Assembly (NCBI GenBank): GCA_036340075.1
Contig: JAYYZJ010000003.1
Span: forward strand, 31,261-95,260
Source: Thermodesulfobacteriota bacterium
GTDB taxonomy: Bacteria > Desulfobacterota_D > UBA1144
Direction: 5' to 3'
DNA: 64,000 nt
In this document: piece after piece, positions 20,291-31,090 of the stretch
Numbering within the stretch: the stretch's first letter is position 1
Layout: the number at the start of each line of letters is the position of its first letter
Notes under the pieces: model-generated
What the model saw: only the letters and a program-made list of their open reading frames with translations
What the model was told of the DNA's origin: nothing
The model's database searches: none
Made by a program: the position numbers and the translations under genes

Positions 20291-21895
20291 TTATCCTTCT
20301 CCCTCTACTTTGTTTCCATAATCATATGTTGAACCTGTTACAGTAGGAATTTCATCAAAATTTAAAGTTGGTGGTGGCGAAGGCATGCTCCATTCCAACG
20401 ACGTTGACTTGTAAGGATTTCCTTCAGCTTTAGACACAGGCTTGAAGAAATTGTATATCATTAAAATAAATCCTACTGCCAAGAACCAAGTTCCATATGT
20501 TGAAAGCTCATGGTAAAAAGTAAATTCAGGATCATAGTTAAAATATCTTCTTGGCATACCAAGTGCTCCCATTATAAATTGAGGGAAAAAAGTAACGTTG
20601 AATCCAACAAAAATAAGAACAAAAGCTATTTTGGCTTTGAATTCATCAAACATCACTCCCCACATTTTGGGATACCAAAAATGAAGTGCTGAAAATATTC
20701 CGAACAGAGTCCCTCCAACCATTACATAGTGCATATGAGCAACGACAAAATATGTATCATGAAGATGGATATCTGCTGCAAGAGCAGCTAAGTGTAAACC
20801 GGTAAGTCCACCAATAGTAAAAAGAAAAATAAATGCTAACGCATATAACATTGCGGCACTTAATTCGACAGAACCTTTATACATAGTCCACAACCAGTTA
20901 AAAACTTTAATAGCAGTTGGTATAGCAACAGCAAATGTAATAGCAGAGAAAATTATATTAATCAACTTAGATTGGCCACTTGTAAACATGTGGTGTCCCC
21001 AAACAAGGAAGCTTATCAAAGCGATAGCAAGGCTTGAATATGCAATAGCTTTGTATCCAAATATTGGTTTTCGTGAGAAAACTGGTATAACTTCGGAAAT
21101 AATTCCCATTGCTGGCAAAATCATTATGTACACAGCAGGATGAGAGTAAAACCAAAAGAAGTGTTGGAAGAGAACAGGGTCTCCTCCTTTCGCTGGATCA
21201 AAGAAACCTAATCCAAAATATCTTTCTCCTATAAGTAAGACCAAAGTAATAGCAACAACTGGTGTAGCTAATACTTGTAAAAGTGATGTCGCATACGCAG
21301 CCCAACAAAAGAGAGGCAATCTGTCCCAAGTAAGCCCCGGGGCTCGCAACTTATGAATAGTAACAATAAAATTAATTCCTGTAAGAATTGATGAAAATCC
21401 TAATATAAAGATTCCAGTTGTAACTAATATAACGTTTGTTCCAGACTCAATCGAATATGGAGTATAAAAAGTCCAGCCTGTATCTACAGGTGCGAATAAA
21501 GCAAACAAGATTACAACTGCACCGAAACAATAAATCCAGAAACTATAGAGATTTAATTTGGGGAAGATAACATCTCTCGCTCCAATCATTAGAGGGATAA
21601 GAAAATTGCCAAAGCTTGCTGCTACCCCAGGAACAATAAAAAGGAACACCATGATTGCTCCATGCAAAGTAAACATAACATTATAAGTGTGAGCACTCAT
21701 AATAGTTTGATCTGGAGTTAAATGCTCTGCTCTTACCAAAAATGATGCTATTGCTGCTATTACAAAGAAGAAGCCAATTCCAGCTAGATACATTACTCCT
21801 AATCTTTTGTGATCATGGGTAAAAAACCATGACTCAAAAGTTTTTCCGTTTTCTAAATAATTTTTTCCGTTATCAGACGACATATTATCTTTCAC
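20291..21895 (-). CDS. ctaD: cytochrome c oxidase subunit I
   Basis: 534 aa. Heme-copper oxidase signatures [29 protein letters not shown] and WGHHMFTSG. Confidence 0.95.
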   Translation of the reverse strand: MKDNMSSDNGKNYLENGKTFESWFFTHDHKRLGVMYLAGIGFFFVIAAIASFLVRAEHLTPDQTIMSAHTYNVMFTLHGAIMVFLFIVPGVAASFGNFLIPLMIGARDVIFPKLNLYSFWIYCFGAVVILFALFAPVDTGWTFYTPYSIESGTNVILVTTGIFILGFSSILTGINFIVTIHKLRAPGLTWDRLPLFCWAAYATSLLQVLATPVVAITLVLLIGERYFGLGFFDPAKGGDPVLFQHFFWFYSHPAVYIMILPAMGIISEVIPVFSRKPIFGYKAIAYSSLAIALISFLVWGHHMFTSGQSKLINIIFSAITFAVAIPTAIKVFNWLWTMYKGSVELSAAMLYALAFIFLFTIGGLTGLHLAALAADIHLHDTYFVVAHMHYVMVGGTLFGIFSALHFWYPKMWGVMFDEFKAKIAFVLIFVGFNVTFFPQFIMGALGMPRRYFNYDPEFTFYHELSTYGTWFLAVGFILMIYNFFKPVSKAEGNPYKSTSLEWSMPSPPPTLNFDEIPTVTGSTYDYGNKVEGEG

Positions 21896-21896
21896 C

Positions 21897-22838
21897 TCAT
21901 TTTAATGATTTAATATACTCAATCAGAGCAGTTATTTGCGAATCATTTAAAACTCCTTTATAAGCTGGCATTACGGGCATATATCCCTTAACAATTTTTG
22001 CTGATGGAATCTCTATAGATTCTCTTAAATAATTTTCATCAGCTGTCCCTGAGCTACCATCATCAAACTCTCTATTCTTTCCAAAAAGTCCTTTCCAAGT
22101 AGGGCCTACTCCGCCTTCGCTTCCATCGATACTATGACAAGCGACACATCCGGCGCTTTGGTATAAGCCTTTACCGACTTCATCTAAGGGTAAATCAGCT
22201 GATGCTTTTACAACATCTTCGTCAGACCCTGCTTCCCAAGATGCATATTTTTCTGCGGACAAAACATGTACTTTGCCACCCATATCCGAATGACCTGCTC
22301 CACAATACTCAGTGCAATAAATTTTATATATTCCTTCTTTAGTAGCAGTAAAGTTTATAAATGTATATCGATTACCTAGTAAATCTTGTTTGACACGAAA
22401 CGCAGGAATAAAAAAACTGTGTAATACATCTTGTGACTGCATAACAAGTCTTATTGGTTTGTTTATTGGTACATATAGTTCATTAAGTGTAGTTTTTCCG
22501 TTTGGGTAATTAAATGTCCACATCCATTTTTGTGCTTTGACATTTATTTCATAGGCATTTTTATCTACAGTTGTATATTCGTCATAATAAATATATCCAT
22601 AAAGAAATATAACAATACACAAAATCGTTGGTATTACGGTCCAAAGTGTTTCTAAAAAACTATCACCCGTAATTGCAGGAGTGGGGTCGTTGTCACTTCT
22701 TCTTCTATATTTGATAACAAAATAAATAAGTAAAAAAGCAATAAGAACACAAGAGGCAACAGATATAACGGTTACAAGTATTAAGACAAAATCTACTTTA
22801 TCAGCAAAAGTCGAAGCAACGGGTGGCAGCCATTCCAT
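21897..22838 (-). CDS. ctaC: cytochrome c oxidase subunit II with fused C-terminal cytochrome c domain (caa3 type)
   Basis: CuA site [12 protein letters not shown], and a C-terminal heme-c site CVACH with downstream Met. Confidence 0.9.
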   Translation of the reverse strand: MEWLPPVASTFADKVDFVLILVTVISVASCVLIAFLLIYFVIKYRRRSDNDPTPAITGDSFLETLWTVIPTILCIVIFLYGYIYYDEYTTVDKNAYEINVKAQKWMWTFNYPNGKTTLNELYVPINKPIRLVMQSQDVLHSFFIPAFRVKQDLLGNRYTFINFTATKEGIYKIYCTEYCGAGHSDMGGKVHVLSAEKYASWEAGSDEDVVKASADLPLDEVGKGLYQSAGCVACHSIDGSEGGVGPTWKGLFGKNREFDDGSSGTADENYLRESIEIPSAKIVKGYMPVMPAYKGVLNDSQITALIEYIKSLK

Positions 22839-22841
22839 TCT

Positions 22842-23627
22842 CTAACTCCTTTTTCCTTTCCTAAACCACATAAACCCCATAAATAAACTCAGCCCCAACA
22901 ATGTAGCAGCACCTCCCAATTTGATTACATTCAAAGCTTTCAGTGCATACTTTTTACCTACTGGGTCAAAATCATAACAGAAAAGCAAGACTCTGTCTGT
23001 TAATGTTGATTTCCCAATAACTCCACCAGATGCTTCTAGGAGAGCTAATTTAAAATCCTTGGGATCAAAAATTACTCCGGCTAAATATCTAGAAATTCTT
23101 CTGTCTCTGGTGAGAAATATTATACCTGCAGGATGAGCAAAATCATTCCCATCTTTTACAAACTTAAAGCCAACGGAATCTGTTATTGATTTAATGCTAG
23201 TGCTGTTAGCCACAAAGAACTCCCAACTTTCTCCATCGTTAAGTTTATTGCGATATTTTTCCGATTTCCTTTTCGCTAAATCAGGAGTTTCAGAAGGATC
23301 AAAACTAAGAGCTACTAAATTATAGTCAACTCCTGGTCTAATTTCGTTATTTGCAGAAACTGCATCCAAAGCACCATTCAATAAAAATGTGCACATGCGA
23401 GGACAATTGTAATATGCCAGCACAAAAACAGTTGGCTTTTCTGGATCAAGCACTTGATCGAGGTTCTTGTTGGATCCATTTATATCAATTATTTCCGATT
23501 TTAAGTCTATTTTGTTTCCTAGTTTTTCTTCCCATGAGACATCCTTCATTTGTCTTGTATCGTTAATTCCCAATACTAAACTGGGTTGTAAAAATATAAT
23601 AATGAAAAAAAAGGCCCTAAAAATCAT
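22842..23627 (-). CDS. SCO1/SenC-family copper chaperone
   Basis: CPRMC thioredoxin-like Cu-binding motif (TVFVLAYYNCPRMCTF) and downstream conserved His (FAHPAGIIF). First gene of the cta cluster. Confidence 0.7.
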   Translation of the reverse strand: MIFRAFFFIIIFLQPSLVLGINDTRQMKDVSWEEKLGNKIDLKSEIIDINGSNKNLDQVLDPEKPTVFVLAYYNCPRMCTFLLNGALDAVSANNEIRPGVDYNLVALSFDPSETPDLAKRKSEKYRNKLNDGESWEFFVANSTSIKSITDSVGFKFVKDGNDFAHPAGIIFLTRDRRISRYLAGVIFDPKDFKLALLEASGGVIGKSTLTDRVLLFCYDFDPVGKKYALKALNVIKLGGAATLLGLSLFMGFMWFRKGKRS

Positions 23628-23708
23628 ACCACTCTGAGTATAAGTATATCTTTGATAGTGTCAATATTTATAATTAATGTGTAGAATAAAATATATAATG
23701 CATATAAA

Positions 23709-23737
23709 TTGACAAAATGTTTTTAATTAAATAGGAT
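23709..23737 (+). promoter_or_regulatory. sigma-70-like promoter candidate for the downstream tRNA (TTGACA, 17-nt spacer, TAGGAT)
   Basis: TTGACA at 23709-23714 and TAGGAT at 23732-23737, about 25 nt upstream of the tRNA 5' end. Sequence pattern only. Confidence 0.3.
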
Positions 23738-23763
23738 AAGGTTTTTATTATCTATTCTATTAA

Positions 23764-23837
23764 GGGCCCATAGCTCAGCTGGTTAGAGCATCCGGCTCAT
23801 AACCGGGCGGTCACTGGTTCGAATCCAGTTGGGCCCA
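23764..23837 (+). tRNA. tRNA with CAT anticodon (elongator Met or lysidine-modified Ile2)
   Basis: GGGCCCATAGCTCAGCTGGTTAGAGCATCCGGCTCATAACCGGGCGGTCACTGGTTCGAATCCAGTTGGGCCCA. Perfect 7-bp acceptor stem, anticodon loop CTCATAA, T-loop TTCGAAT. Confidence 0.85.
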
Positions 23838-23850
23838 GAGAAATTAAAAG

Positions 23851-24558
23851 ATGAAAGAGAAAATTAAAAATTTACTTGAATTGCAAAAGCTCGACATGAC
23901 AATCCAAGGGATACGTGACAACTTAAAAGAAGTTCCAGAAAAGCTTAGCGAGCTTAATTCTAAAATTAATACTGACGAGGAGAAAATTAATAATCTTAAG
24001 AATGAAATATCTAATCTCGGTAAGGAAGTTAATAACTTACAGACCCAGACTGAGGATATTGATGCAATGGTTGTTAAACTTGAAGAAAAGCTATTTTCAA
24101 TCAACTCCTCTAAAGAATTTGAAGCCTTACAAAAAGAAACAGGTGATTTAAAAAGAAAAAAACTGGAAATAGAAAATGATGAATTAAAAATAATGGAACA
24201 AATAGAATCTGCAAATCAAACCTTAGAAGAATTGGAATCTAAATTCAACGAGGAAGTTGAACCTATAAAGATAGAAATTGATAAATTGGAATCAGAGATT
24301 AAGAACTCGGAATCTGAGATTAGCTCTGTGGAAAGTTCACGAAACGAAATAGCTAAAAATGTGGACGAACAACTCCTAAAGATTTATCAAAAACTGCTTC
24401 TGCATAATCCACCAGTTGCTGTTGAGGCTAAAGATGGAATGTGCGGACATTGCTTTATGAAAATCCCCCCTCAGACCTATATTAAAGTTTTGGAATTAAA
24501 TGAAATAATTTTATGCCCTTCTTGTACAAAAAAAATACTAATACCAGATTTAAGTTGA
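23851..24558 (+). CDS. coiled-coil protein with C-terminal C4 zinc ribbon (DUF164/COG1579-like)
   Basis: About 200 aa of heptad-rich coiled coil, then CGHCFMKIPPQ....CPSC. Ends 5 nt before rnhA. Confidence 0.65.
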   Translation: MKEKIKNLLELQKLDMTIQGIRDNLKEVPEKLSELNSKINTDEEKINNLKNEISNLGKEVNNLQTQTEDIDAMVVKLEEKLFSINSSKEFEALQKETGDLKRKKLEIENDELKIMEQIESANQTLEELESKFNEEVEPIKIEIDKLESEIKNSESEISSVESSRNEIAKNVDEQLLKIYQKLLLHNPPVAVEAKDGMCGHCFMKIPPQTYIKVLELNEIILCPSCTKKILIPDLS

Positions 24559-24562
24559 TTAC

Positions 24563-24970
24563 ATGAGTAATATAGTCAAAATTTTTATAGATGGTGCCTG
24601 TCAACCAAATCCTGGAAATGGCGGGATTGGTATCTATTTAATTACAGATAAAGACAAAGTTGAAATATCGAGAGCATTAGATGGAACAGTAACTAATAAT
24701 ATCGCAGAGTACCGGGCTTTAATTGAATCTTTAAAATTAATTATAGAAAAAAATATATCCGATGGAGAAATACAAATCTTTTCTGATTCAAAATTAGTAT
24801 GCATGCATTTCAATAAGGTCTGGAAATGTAAAGATAAGAAATTAATTCCACTCTTAAGAGAAGCTTTAGAATTAAGTGAAAAGATTGAACTTCCCCTGAC
24901 TATTGCTTTAATTCCACGAGAAGAGAATACAGTTGCGGATAGACTTGCAAAAGATGGAATTCTAACATAG
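24563..24970 (+). CDS. rnhA: ribonuclease HI
   Basis: 135 aa. Catalytic DEDD residues in IFIDGA, AEYRAL, FSDSK and ADRLAK. Confidence 0.8.
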   Translation: MSNIVKIFIDGACQPNPGNGGIGIYLITDKDKVEISRALDGTVTNNIAEYRALIESLKLIIEKNISDGEIQIFSDSKLVCMHFNKVWKCKDKKLIPLLREALELSEKIELPLTIALIPREENTVADRLAKDGILT

Positions 24971-24979
24971 ATTATTAGC

Positions 24980-25327
24980 TTGAGTGAGTTGAGTGATCGC
25001 TTGTTTATACAAGAGGAAAGTCCGAGCTCTTAAGGGAAAAGGTGCTGGGTAACTCCCAGGTGTTGCGAAGCAACGGAAAGTGCCACAGAAAATAACCGCC
25101 ATTAATAAACATATGATATTAATGGTAAGGGTGAAAAGGTGGTGTAAGAGACCACCGCAAGTTTTGGCGACAAAACATGGCAAGGCAAACCCCACCTAGA
25201 GAAAGACCAAGTATAGAAGCTGGTTTCCCTTCCACATGCTTCTGGGTAGGTCGCTTGAGATAATGAGTAATTGTTATCCTAGATGAATGATCGCATAGAA
25301 CAGAACTCGGCTTACTAACTCACTCAT
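24980..25327 (+). ncRNA. rnpB: RNase P RNA, bacterial type A
   Basis: Conserved P4 strands AGGAAAGTCCGAGC (5') and ACAGAACTCGGCTTA (3'), ACAGAAAATAACCGCC, and GGTAAGGGTGAAAAGGTGGTGTAAGAGACCACC (P10-12 region). P1 pairs GAGTGAGTTGAGT with ACTAACTCACTC. About 345 nt. The overlapping minus-strand ORF 24962..25195 is spurious. Confidence 0.85.
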
Positions 25328-26521
25328 TTAAATAAATTTAGCTTTATAAAAATTTCTTTTTCCTATTTTAATTTTCCATCGGGTTTGTTTGTCTGGCAAA
25401 ACATCCAATGAAGTTAATTTTTCTTCATTTATTTCTATTGCTTTGTCTTTTATAAGTCTTTTTAATTCCGATCGTGAAAAGGTCTTTGTGGATATCTCTT
25501 CGAGAAGATCTAAAAGATTTTGGTCTAGCAATTGAATTTCTATCTCTAGAATATCGTCAGGAAAACTTTTTTCACTAAATTTACCTTCAAAATCTTTACG
25601 GGAAGAGTCTGCTAAAGATTTGCTGTAATATTCGGCAACAATTGTGGTTCCTAATGTTTTTTTTCTCTCTAATGGATTGGGGATCTTTTTAAATTCGTCT
25701 TCCTTGTCATGATACAATAGATGAATATACTTATCCATCAACTCGTCTGGTATTGACATAACCTTTCCAAACATTTCTTCTGGAGAATCATTTAAACTAA
25801 TATGGTTATCTAAAGTCTTTGACATTTTCATTTTTCCGTCAAGACCTTCTAAGATTGGTACAAATACTCCAACTTGCTCTGGAACATTATGTGACTTTTG
25901 AATCTGCCTACCAAGTAAAATATTAAACATTTGATCTGTGCCGCCCATCTCGATATCTGATTTCAACATTACCGAATCGTAAGCCTGAAGAAGGGGATAA
26001 AGAAATTCTGTTACTGTAATTCCATCTCCTGCATTATATCTCTTTTTAAAATCATCTCTTTCGAGAAGGCGCGCTACATTTTCTTGCGATGTAAGATTAA
26101 TTAATTCTGCTAAGTTGAACTTATCGAACCATTTAGAATTATAAAAAACTTTTACATTTTTCTTTTTTAGAATTTTATATAATTGGTCTTCATATGTTTG
26201 AGCGTTTTCCTTAATGATTTTTGTATCCAATGCTGGTCTGGTTTTGTCTCTACCTGTAGGATCCCCGATTTTCGCCGTATAATCTCCGATTAAGAATAAT
26301 ATACTATGTCCTAAATCTTGGAAGACTTTTAGCTTTCTTATTAACAAAGAATGTCCTAAATGTAAATTTGAAGTTGTTGGATCGAACCCTGCCTTAATCC
26401 TTAGAGGTGCTTTGTTTTCATAAGAGTCTTTTAGCTTCGAAAGCAATTCATTCTCAGGAATTATATCGCTAACATTTTCCTTGATAATATTTAATTGATC
26501 TTCGGGTTTTAAAAAATCCAT
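25328..26521 (-). CDS. tyrS: tyrosine--tRNA ligase
   Basis: HIGH motif TSNLHLGHS, KMSKS motif KMSKT, and a C-terminal S4-like domain. Confidence 0.95.
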   Translation of the reverse strand: MDFLKPEDQLNIIKENVSDIIPENELLSKLKDSYENKAPLRIKAGFDPTTSNLHLGHSLLIRKLKVFQDLGHSILFLIGDYTAKIGDPTGRDKTRPALDTKIIKENAQTYEDQLYKILKKKNVKVFYNSKWFDKFNLAELINLTSQENVARLLERDDFKKRYNAGDGITVTEFLYPLLQAYDSVMLKSDIEMGGTDQMFNILLGRQIQKSHNVPEQVGVFVPILEGLDGKMKMSKTLDNHISLNDSPEEMFGKVMSIPDELMDKYIHLLYHDKEDEFKKIPNPLERKKTLGTTIVAEYYSKSLADSSRKDFEGKFSEKSFPDDILEIEIQLLDQNLLDLLEEISTKTFSRSELKRLIKDKAIEINEEKLTSLDVLPDKQTRWKIKIGKRNFYKAKFI

Positions 26522-26554
26522 TTTATTTATATTATTATATTTGCAAGATTTTAA

Positions 26555-28192
26555 TCAAGCATCAATAAAACCGTTCGTTATTGGATATCTCCTATCTCGC
26601 CCAAAGGCTTTTGAAGTAATCTTTATACCCGGAGGAGATTGTCTTCTTTTGAATTCGCTATTATTAACTTTCTTGATTATTGAGGAAACAATTGATTTTT
26701 TAATATTGATAGATTTTGCAATATAGGATGCGCTTTTGCCTTCTTCAATATAAAGCTCCAATATTTGGTCCAATATCTTATATGGTGGCAACGTATCTAA
26801 ATCTTTTTGGTTGTCTCTTAACTCAGCAGATGGCTCTCTTTTGAGAATACCCAATGGAATCATTTTCTTTGGATGTATCTTGTTATGAAATTTTGCAAGC
26901 TTATATACCAAGGTTTTTGGTATATCTTTTAAAATTGCAATACCTCCTGCACTATCGCCATACAAAGTAGAATATCCAACACTAATTTCACTCTTATTTC
27001 CTGTAGCTAGTAACAGATGGCCCAATTTGTTTGACGTTGCCATAAGAATATTGGCTCGGATTCTTGATTGAAGATTTTCCTCTGTAACATCCCATTGCTT
27101 TTTTCCATAAGAGTTCACTAGTAATTTATTTGTAGCTTCAAATAAATCTTGAATTGGGGCAACAGATAAATCAAATTGTAGATTTTTTGCAAGCTCTATA
27201 GCTAAATGAAGACTTTTGAATGAATTATATATTGTGGGAAGTGCTAATCCTAATACATTTTTTTTCCCTAGAGTATTTACAGCTATTGCTGATACCAAGG
27301 CAGAATCTATTCCACCAGATACACCTAATACAACTTTGCTAAATCCATTCTTTTCTACGTAATCTTTCAATCCTAGGGACAATGCAGAGTAAATTTGCTC
27401 TGGTTCAGATTCTTCTTTTGTTTTTAAAGTTTTATTCAAAGATTTAGTTTCTTTAAATTTAAGACTTCTAATTAAAATATCTTCTTCAAATTCTTTGCCG
27501 TAGGCCTCTACATTCCCATTTCTATCAAGAATAATACTTTTACCATCAAAAACTAACTCATCCTGACCCCCGACAAGATTGCAGTAACATATCTTTATTC
27601 TATTCTTTGTAGATATTTTTTTAAGTATATTTAGTCTCTTTTTTTGCTTACCAATACTAAAAGGTGATGCTGATAAGTTCACAAGGAGATCGATATCGTT
27701 TCTGGAGATTCTTTCGTTTATTATTTTTAGATCAGTCCATATATCTTCACAAATAGAAATCCCAACAGTCTGATTTTTAATCTTGAAACTTACTCCTTCT
27801 ATACCTTTTTCAAAATAACGATTTTCATCAAAGACTCCATAGTTAGGAAGCTGAAACTTTTTATATTCTCCTTGAAGTTTTCCGTTAAGAAATATTCCTG
27901 CAACATTAAATAGCTTGTCATTAATTTTTTTAGGATAACCAATTATGCAAGTTATCCCTTTACTTAGCTTAGCTATTTTTTTAATAAATGCGTCCGTGGA
28001 TTTAATAAATTTATTATTTAATAACAAATCTTCTGGTGGATAACCGGTTATAGCTAGTTCGGGAAAACATAGTAGGTCAACCTTCTGTTTCTTGGCAATC
28101 TTTATAATTTTGGAAATTTTACTATAATTGTATTCCAAATCTCCTACTTTTGAGTTAATTTGTGCCAATGCTACTTTAATACTGTTTTCCAT
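26555..28192 (-). CDS. nadE: glutamine-dependent NAD+ synthetase
   Basis: 545 aa. N-terminal CN-hydrolase domain and C-terminal NAD synthetase domain with PP-loop GVSGGIDSALV. Confidence 0.9.
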   Translation of the reverse strand: MENSIKVALAQINSKVGDLEYNYSKISKIIKIAKKQKVDLLCFPELAITGYPPEDLLLNNKFIKSTDAFIKKIAKLSKGITCIIGYPKKINDKLFNVAGIFLNGKLQGEYKKFQLPNYGVFDENRYFEKGIEGVSFKIKNQTVGISICEDIWTDLKIINERISRNDIDLLVNLSASPFSIGKQKKRLNILKKISTKNRIKICYCNLVGGQDELVFDGKSIILDRNGNVEAYGKEFEEDILIRSLKFKETKSLNKTLKTKEESEPEQIYSALSLGLKDYVEKNGFSKVVLGVSGGIDSALVSAIAVNTLGKKNVLGLALPTIYNSFKSLHLAIELAKNLQFDLSVAPIQDLFEATNKLLVNSYGKKQWDVTEENLQSRIRANILMATSNKLGHLLLATGNKSEISVGYSTLYGDSAGGIAILKDIPKTLVYKLAKFHNKIHPKKMIPLGILKREPSAELRDNQKDLDTLPPYKILDQILELYIEEGKSASYIAKSINIKKSIVSSIIKKVNNSEFKRRQSPPGIKITSKAFGRDRRYPITNGFIDA

Positions 28193-28228
28193 ATTATAAA
28201 ACTATAAATAATATTCTATACTGTTTTA

Positions 28229-31090
28229 ATGAATTTGATAAAATATTCAATCAAAATAGCACTATCTTTTGTTCTTTTCGCAGCAATTTGCTTCAGTTCT
28301 ATTGCAAGCAACAAAGAAATAATTGATTCGACCATTTACCATGTCAAAAAGAAATCTCATTTTTATGATTCAAGCACATATGAAAAGATTTTTGTTGCTT
28401 CTATAGACGCTGTTAATACTTTTTCTGAAGATATATTCATTCAAATATTAGAATCTACTAAACACAATCTAAAAATAAAAATTAAAAATGCCAAGGTAGA
28501 GGAAGAATTAATTCTTTCAAAAAATAAAAATTTGGTCGATGTGGGTAGAAATTTAAATAAAATAATTAATTTCCTAGAAAAAGAAAATATCTTGAGTGAC
28601 AAAATGCTATCTTATCATGTTGCCAATGCTGTATTGCAAGAAATAGATGAATATTCATCAATTATAGAGCCGGAAGAACTTGAACAATTTATGGCAGAAA
28701 CAAAGGGTAGTTTTGGTGGTATTGGAATTGTAGTAACTTTGAGAGACGAGAAGCTAACTATTATTTCTCCAATCGATGGGACACCCGCATCTAAGGCTGG
28801 AATAAAAGCAAATGATATTATACGAAGAATAGAATCTATTGATACTGCGGGCATGAGCTTACAAAAAGCAGTCACATTGTTGCGTGGTGAAAAAGGAAGT
28901 TCAACGACTCTATATATTGAAAGAGAAAATGTTGAGGACTTGATACAATTTGATGTTGTAAGAGATACGATAAAAATAGACAGTGTCTCCTCAAAAATTT
29001 TAGAAGAAAAAGTTGGGTACATTAAGATAAAAGCATTCCAAGCAAATTCTTTTGAAGATTTCGAGAAAGCTCTTAATTCACTTAGAGATAAAGGAATTGA
29101 ATCGCTTATTTTAGATTTAAGGGGGAACCCTGGTGGTCTGTTTGATCAATCTTTAAAAATATCGAATATATTTTTGAAAAATAAATTGATTGTCTCCACT
29201 AGAGGAAAAAGAGCCAATATAAACAGAGACTTTTTTACAGCTAGAACCGAGGTTGAAAAATTTTTTGGTCCCGTAATAGTATTGGTCGACAGAGGTAGTG
29301 CTAGCGCCGCTGAAATAGTCGCTGGTGCCTTAAAAAATAACAAGAGATCTCTGGTTCTTGGTGAAAAAACATTTGGAAAGGGGACAGTTCAAGAAGTTTA
29401 TGAGCAAGAAGATGGTTCTGCAATTAAGCTTACAATCGCCGAATATCTCAATCCAGAAGAATATAAAGTGCATTTGAATGGAATTGTTCCGGACATACTC
29501 TTTGTACCTGTTGAATTTGAAGATGAAAAATTAATTTTTAATAATGATTCTTCATTTATTCAATTCAATAATGAAAATAAAGGATTAGATGGATTAAGTT
29601 CAGGCAAAACTAGTTTGCAAATTTTGTATAGTAAAAAGGAAGATAAGGAAAAAGATGATGAGCTGATTCAATTTTCTCAATTTCTGTTGAACTCCGAAAG
29701 TTTAAAGAAGGTAGCATTTAATGAAAATACTGAAAATTTTCTTTCTTTAATAGAAGAAGAATTAGAAGTAAGGGTAAGGGATTTAAATTCTTCACTCACA
29801 TCGAAAATAGAAAATTTCTACTTAGGAGATATTGAATCAGGCAAAGATGTCAGAATTAAGAATGAAAAAGTTGGTTTAGATATTCTCAAAACAATAAAAC
29901 TAGAGTCAGGAAAAAGTGAAGAAGTTGAAGCAACAATAGAGAACAATTCTGACAAACAAATTCGCAACTTAGTTATAAGTCTAAATTCTGAAAATAGATC
30001 ATTAAATAATAAATTCTTTTTTGTTGGTCTCCTCGGTGCAGGAGAAAAAAAATCAATTAGTATGAAGATCAATATCCCTAGTTGGGTAGAAAATAGCGAA
30101 GACTTGCTTAATTTTACTCTATCAAGTATCTCGTTAGATGATCCACTCCGTCCCAGATTTCTTGAAATACAAAGAACTAGCTCCAAGGCCTTTATAACCA
30201 AAAACCGGTTTGATTACCCGCAATTTTCTTTCTTTGTATTGCCAAAAGACATTTCTGAAGAGAAAATCGAACTGGATCTAATAATAGAATTGAAAAGGAT
30301 TACTCAAGAAAGAGAATTCTCTCAGGATTGTAGCAAGTGCCAAGTAAAAGTTCTTTCAAAAGATAATGACTTAATTATTAAAGCTAAATATCATAAAATT
30401 CCCGATATCCATAAAAAGGATGCGCTAATTAAAACAACTCTTTCCATTGATACTGATAATATTGAAGATGATATTGAATTTATAATTAGATTCCATGACG
30501 AGGAATCGCATTCCTTCTTTGACAAAATAGTCTCATTACCACTTAGAGAGATGTCTAGTTATAAGAAATATAAAAATGTTTTAGATTATAGGATACAAGA
30601 CAAAAATCTCTTTTTTTCTGATCCTGGAGAAGATGCAATTATTACTGGAAGAATACATAGGGGTGGGTTAATTCAAGCTTCAGGAGAAACAGAGAATTTT
30701 GTACTGATCAATAATAACGATAGTCCCGCATTTTGGATTAAGAAATTAGATGTAGTTCAAACAAATAATGAAGAAAAGAGTAAGTTTATAGATGCAAAAA
30801 TTATTAGTGAATATGAATCACCTCCTACTATGGAAATTAAAACTCAAATATTAGAAGATAAAAATAAAGCAAAAATTGTATCCTTAATTAAGGATGATAC
30901 AAATCTAAGAAGTGTGAACTACTTTATCAACGGGAAGAAGATTAGACTTGTTGCGGAAGGCAAGAGAAACATTAATGAAACATTTGGTATTCAGCTGGAG
31001 CCTGGAAGAAATAAGCTCTCAGTTATGGCGATTGATAAGAAAAATATAAAAGTTTTCGAAGATTTCTTTATAACAAGTTATGAGAAATAA
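28229..31090 (+). CDS. S41 C-terminal processing peptidase with about 520-aa C-terminal extension of unknown function
   Basis: The first roughly 430 aa carry GGIGIVV, a PDZ domain (GTPASKAGIKANDII), LDLRGNPGGL, the Ser in VDRGSASAAEIVAGAL and the Lys in GEKTFGKGTVQ. Residues from about 430 to 953 have no recognisable motif. Confidence 0.8.
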   Translation: MNLIKYSIKIALSFVLFAAICFSSIASNKEIIDSTIYHVKKKSHFYDSSTYEKIFVASIDAVNTFSEDIFIQILESTKHNLKIKIKNAKVEEELILSKNKNLVDVGRNLNKIINFLEKENILSDKMLSYHVANAVLQEIDEYSSIIEPEELEQFMAETKGSFGGIGIVVTLRDEKLTIISPIDGTPASKAGIKANDIIRRIESIDTAGMSLQKAVTLLRGEKGSSTTLYIERENVEDLIQFDVVRDTIKIDSVSSKILEEKVGYIKIKAFQANSFEDFEKALNSLRDKGIESLILDLRGNPGGLFDQSLKISNIFLKNKLIVSTRGKRANINRDFFTARTEVEKFFGPVIVLVDRGSASAAEIVAGALKNNKRSLVLGEKTFGKGTVQEVYEQEDGSAIKLTIAEYLNPEEYKVHLNGIVPDILFVPVEFEDEKLIFNNDSSFIQFNNENKGLDGLSSGKTSLQILYSKKEDKEKDDELIQFSQFLLNSESLKKVAFNENTENFLSLIEEELEVRVRDLNSSLTSKIENFYLGDIESGKDVRIKNEKVGLDILKTIKLESGKSEEVEATIENNSDKQIRNLVISLNSENRSLNNKFFFVGLLGAGEKKSISMKINIPSWVENSEDLLNFTLSSISLDDPLRPRFLEIQRTSSKAFITKNRFDYPQFSFFVLPKDISEEKIELDLIIELKRITQEREFSQDCSKCQVKVLSKDNDLIIKAKYHKIPDIHKKDALIKTTLSIDTDNIEDDIEFIIRFHDEESHSFFDKIVSLPLREMSSYKKYKNVLDYRIQDKNLFFSDPGEDAIITGRIHRGGLIQASGETENFVLINNNDSPAFWIKKLDVVQTNNEEKSKFIDAKIISEYESPPTMEIKTQILEDKNKAKIVSLIKDDTNLRSVNYFINGKKIRLVAEGKRNINETFGIQLEPGRNKLSVMAIDKKNIKVFEDFFITSYEK

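Noticed and set aside
24962-25195. 77-aa minus-strand ORF
   Set aside because: It overlaps the RNase P RNA gene, whose conserved P4 and P10-12 elements explain this region.
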